Shown: positions 59,318 to 64,000 of the stretch, in pieces
Layout of the letters: the number at the start of each line of letters is the position of its first letter
Numbering within the stretch: the first letter of the stretch is position 1
DNA from: Bugula neritina
Taxonomy: Eukaryota > Animalia > Bryozoa
Direction: 5' to 3'
Length of the DNA stretch: 64,000 nucleotides
NCBI GenBank assembly: GCA_964035545.1
Contig: OZ037768.1
Location: 6,852,741 to 6,916,740, forward strand
The notes under the pieces: model-generated
Told to the model about the DNA's origin: nothing
Databases searched by the model: none
What the model saw: the letters and a program-made list of their open reading frames with translations, nothing else
Position numbers and translations under genes: made by a program

Positions 59318-60811
59318 GTCCTCAACTACGTGCATAACCTAATGAGTGGTATTTTGACATCTCCTTGGGTGTTGCAAAGATGTTGGTCGGTTTCTTTTCT
59401 ATGGAATCTGTTTGGAATTTATATTTTTGTATAACTTGCAATATTTGTATATAGTCTTTTTGTGAAATATAATGCTTTAGCTCAATATATGTGTTCATTG
59501 TCACAGCATTCCAATATTATTTTTCTGTTAACTCACGCAAACCACTAAACAATATATAAATAATAATTGTGCTACAGATTAATGCTGCAGCTTGAGCCAA
59601 CTGTAATGAGTGGTGATGTGTGTGAATATAGTGCTAGCATGTTTGTACCTATTATTTAAAAAATGCTAATTTATGGTATAGGCTTTCAGGAAATCTGTTT
59701 AAGTTATATTATTATAATCTTCTGGCCAAAAAGCAATAATAGTAATGCCCTTAAGTTTGATCAACACTTCTATTCACTAATTAAATAATGATAAGGTAAC
59801 TTAATCATGAATCATAAAAAGTTGAGGATAGAAGCTACCATGGACTTGTGACAGAGCATTAGGGGGTTTGCATACTAGCCATAGACATGGGGAAATAAAA
59901 TTATTCAGAATATGAAATGTATTGGCAGAAAATTAGCATGATTGGAGACTTTGTCAAGTTTGAATTCTTACTTGAAAGCTCAGCAGAGAATGCAAATGCT
60001 TAGCTTCAGTTGCAACTTTTCATATTATCTTGCACAGATTTTTAGTTTCTACACAGGAGCTTACAAAATATTACTCTTAACCACTTAATATATAATTGAA
60101 CCCATTTATGGCAAGAACTTTAATGGATAAATTGCAACACTTGTATCATGCAGCTAGTTTCCCATGTACTACAGATATATATAAGCTATATATAATGTAT
60201 TTATAATTACGAATGGTTTTTTCATAACTATATAAGGGTTATTAGCTGGAACCTATTAAACAAGTGTATTATTCTATGTTGTTTATGACATCTCAAACAG
60301 CACTGAAATCGACATATATGCACGTGATATTTCAACAGCAATTTTTAGTGTAGTATATGCATACCTGAGCTCTTTAAATGGTTTAAAATTTAATAAAATA
60401 TGTAGTAGAAAATTGAATGGAGCTCAATTTATAGGTTCAGAAAATTTAATAAAGAGTTGTCTTCTTACTGCAAATATATCGTTTGATTATTCAAATGCTT
60501 GTATTATAGTTTTGGTTAATTGTTGATAAAAATATTAAACAAAACAACACTACAATTTTATCAATAAATTTTAAAATATTGTTTTGAGACTAATGGAAAC
60601 CTGAATCGGCTGTAACTGAAGGAAGCTGCAAGTCATTGTCATAGTGCACATGACTATGAGTGTGATTTTTGAGGCTAAGTCATATTATTGACTTTCGTAT
60701 TCGAATTAGTCATACTAATACTCTGCCAGTGTCATAATATTATTACTTCATTTTTATATTTGTATCCTTCATCTTGTGTCGCAGAAAAAGGAAAAGAAAG
60801 TAACGGTCACT

Positions 60812-61014
60812 ATGGCAAGCTATTTAGCTGTGCCTGTCAAAACAACTTCTGAAGTAGATTTAGTAAAACCAATCCGGAACTTTGCGAAAGAAAATTTTCC
60901 TAACACTAGCTCTGAAAATTATGATAAAGATCTTTCTGAGTTTCACCGTTTAAGAGCTCATGCAACAGGAAAATTCAATGACAAGCACGAAAGTGCTATC
61001 GAAGCTGTTGGAAA
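60812..61014 (+). CDS. PDCD6IP: ALIX / PDCD6IP first coding exon (start of Bro1 domain); remainder outside window
   Basis: MASYLAVPVKTTSEVDLVKPI...LSEFHRLRAHATGKFNDKHESAIE matches the recalled ALIX N-terminus (KKTSEVDLAKPL...LDKHEGALE); donor AA|gttagt at 61015. Confidence 0.88.
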
Positions 61015-62209
61015 GTTAGTATCACTATCAGCATTGGCATATGTAATCGTAAGAAATAAGAATATGTAGCTGTAATAAATATCAAGTAAATGTAATTCAC
61101 TGAATGTCTAGATAATTTTATTTATATTAACTATTAAGACATAGTCACTATCAGTATCATGGTGATATACTTAATCTTATACTTATAGCTATAAGTTTTA
61201 GTTATACTAATACTATTTTACTAATACTAATACTAATAGTAATACTAATTGTATTGGTATTAATAAGTTATAGTTATAGTTATACTTATAAGTTATAGCA
61301 TTGCGATTGTAATCTTTGTTCCTTGTTATTAATATTAATATTACTATTAGTATTACCAAGTATTAGTATTACTATTAGTATTACTATTAGTATTACCTTT
61401 AAGATTATGTATAACTATAAATAAGTCTACTAGTATAAATTATAATTAAGTAGTTATTATAACTTATGAAAACTTATTATTATGACAAAGCTATTTTAAT
61501 TAAAATTCTTTACAATATTTATTATAATCAAGTATTAGGTATTTAAATTTAATAATAATAGTTATGAGTTACAATTTTTTTTTAAATTCCACTTCATCAC
61601 TGAGTATTAGCATTATTGATAGATTAATAGGCCTACTAATAGCTAGTGTTAGACTTTTGATAGTTTAAATGTATTTTGCCCAATTTTAATGTACAAATGG
61701 AGCTAGTTTTTAGTTGTTTTATACGTACTGCTAATTTTAGGTTTAGGTCTCTCACCTGCCCATTATAAAATTATAGGTATTGGTTATATAATAGCAAATA
61801 CTAACATTCCAGTAGATCACCATTAGCAAGTAGTTATCACAGGTAGCATTTAAGTACTTTACAAAATGCAAATTGTTTATTTGATAGATAAACATACTTG
61901 GTTATGTATATATGTATAGGTGAACTATTTATTTGGCAAATCTCTTCAGGGCAGTGAAAAGTGTTATTGAAATTTGAACAAATTTTGCGTTTTATAAAGT
62001 TCAAACTTTTATTTCATAGCTAAGGTCAAGGTCTATACTCTATTATTTAACAATTAGTGCTGTAGCACTTGGTTTTTTACTGTTTTTATTTAGTGTTTGC
62101 CGTACCTTCAAATGTAAAGTTTTAGTTTTAAAGAATCCCTGACACACTTTACTTATATAGCATGAAAATATTCATCTATATCTTAGCTATCAATTAAGCA
62201 TCCCTTTAA

Positions 62210-64000
62210 GAGTGGATGGCTATACTATTTCATTTTATAACAACTTTACTGCATGCATGTCCAAAAAACTTTCGGATTTCTAAGCTCTCAGTGCACACGT
62301 ATTACGCCGGTTTCCGGTCTGCTTCGAGTCCTAGTTACTATATAACTAATAGTAATAATTGCATACTTTCGCAGCGTGTTATTTTTAGCCACTGCAACAC
62401 ACAGATAAATCACTATACTGACATAAATTTTAAAACACAGAGTACAACTAATGCTCAATGAAAAAAACAAATGATACCATTTTATTATTGATATTAGAAG
62501 CTAAAGTTACTTCCGTTAGAAATTTTGAGCATCGGAAAAATGAAATAGCCTCACCCTCACGATGTAATTAGAACGGGTGGCTAAGTACGGTGATAACACG
62601 ATATTGTTAAAAGAAATTAGCTAAATCCAACGAGTGGCAAACTTTTCTATAAAACATTACAAATAATTGCATATTCAATCATGTAACTTATTACGCTTCC
62701 AAATAGATTATCATTACCGTAACCGGATATTACCAATATAACCTGTGCCTAGTAGTACTACTACTAGTAGTAGTCGCTCGCTATCTATATAAATTCGATT
62801 TCATATTCATATTGCCATTGGACTCTAGTGAACAAACTTATTACCTGTATTACTAGTTACACTTGCACTTACTGTCGACATGACTACACGAATGGCTTCA
62901 AGTTCTAAAGGCAAATGCAAAAGAAGAGTGTGTGAAGCTGCAATGCGTTCGTACAAGGAAAAACACATGTTTAAATGGCCTGCTGATACTGTGTGTGGTG
63001 AAAAATGGACCAAGTTTGTCAATACGAAAAGAAAAAACTTTCTGCCTGATAACAACTCTCGTTTGTGTTTTCAGCATTTTGGTGATGAACAATTTACAAA
63101 TATGGGCATGTATAAAGCAAAACTCATTAACATGTAAGTGAATAACTCACTCAAACTCATAGTGATACTGACTTAGTGATTGTGATAGAATTAGACGATA
63201 ATGATAGTTTTTTTAATGTTGATTTTCAACAATAAGTATAACTATAACTATTAAGTATTACTACAAGTTGGTATAAGTCAATAGGATTGTCATGACCGTG
63301 TTGATTCAATTTCATGTGACTATGACATAAACTTGCAAGTACAAGTTTGCATTTATGATTTACACGATAACCATTATTGTAAGGAAATTCATTTATAGTG
63401 GCGATAATATGAAAGACTTATGATTATCAGAATGTGTCATAGTCACTTGGATACATACCATTGATATTATGATTCATACGCACTGATACTCATGCTATGA
63501 GTATGATACTGGTAATGGTGCCCATCATCAATACCAGTAAAAATTAATGGTAAATATTGTTCACTTAGCTTATTGAAAGAGTAAAAATTCATTGTCTTTG
63601 ATTTACTCTTTAGATTGCATTTAGAGAAAACAGCAGTCCCAACTATTCATTTAGTGGAAACTGAGGGTGCAACTGGATGCACTCCATTAACTCCTCGGAA
63701 ACAAAGTCAGCAGGCGGCCACTATCACACCTAAAGAAGCTCGCTGGTTAAAAAGATCAGACCCTGGTTTTCTGTAAGGATTATAATATTGAAAATGCGAT
63801 CTTGAGCAATAAAATTGAAATATGATATAGACAGCAATTGAGATTTTCTGCAGCTGTTTCAATAACACTTTTCCATTTACCTTCATATATAATAATATTT
63901 TAGAGCTTTGCCAAGTCAAACTAAAAAACCAGCTCTCAATCTTAAGCCAGAAAAGAAGGGCCTACAGAAAGGAATAGGACACAATAAATATGTGCAAACA
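62210..64000 (+). mobile_element. Putative THAP-encoding DNA transposon (Kolobok-like?) in ALIX intron 1; only the left part is visible
   Basis: Shift to CpG-containing sequence right after TTAA (62206-62209)|GAGTGG; a THAP gene follows; the host intron is much longer than other introns here. Right end and DDE domain not visible. Confidence 0.4.
62880..64000 (+). CDS. THAP zinc-finger domain protein, spliced, 3'-partial
   Basis: Exons 62880-63133 and 63614-63772, probably continuing at 63904 to the window end. C-x4-C..FKWP..W..LCFQHF, and after splicing LEKTAVPTI (THAP AVPTIF box). Confidence 0.8.

Overview
AT-rich, gene-dense, intron-containing animal (invertebrate-like) genomic DNA; GT-AG introns are mostly 0.1-1 kb. 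I found no rRNA, true tRNA or CRISPR. Exon chains were traced by hand and the complete ones sum to whole codons. Left to right: GTPBP10 (+, first exon not located); a small unknown protein ending in a K-Ras4B-like polylysine-CaaX tail (-); an SMPDL3-family phosphodiesterase with a C-terminal transmembrane tail (-); HEATR3 (+); a young full-length 7.6-kb Ty3/Gypsy LTR retrotransposon (27666-35263; 272/273-bp LTRs differing at 3 sites, ATAC target duplication, tRNA-Leu PBS); a membrane-anchored diflavin reductase with an atypical FMN loop (+), starting right behind the 3' LTR; RBM12-like (-) head-to-head with SSRP1 (+); the first coding exon of ALIX/PDCD6IP (+); and a THAP-domain gene, probably a DNA transposon, nested in ALIX intron 1. 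Two MITEs with clear TSDs (hAT-like 8 bp, Mutator-like 9 bp), a tRNA-derived SINE and several tandem/palindromic repeats are present. The most interesting object is the retrotransposon. In the env position it carries a non-env ORF with two zinc fingers, followed by a PxVxL/NLS/coiled-coil segment, a candidate element-encoded transcription or anti-silencing factor. All three cysteines of its Gag zinc knuckle are replaced. Its gag-pol was split by a private 22-bp duplication rather than a programmed frameshift. Family assignments come from recalled motifs, not database searches.
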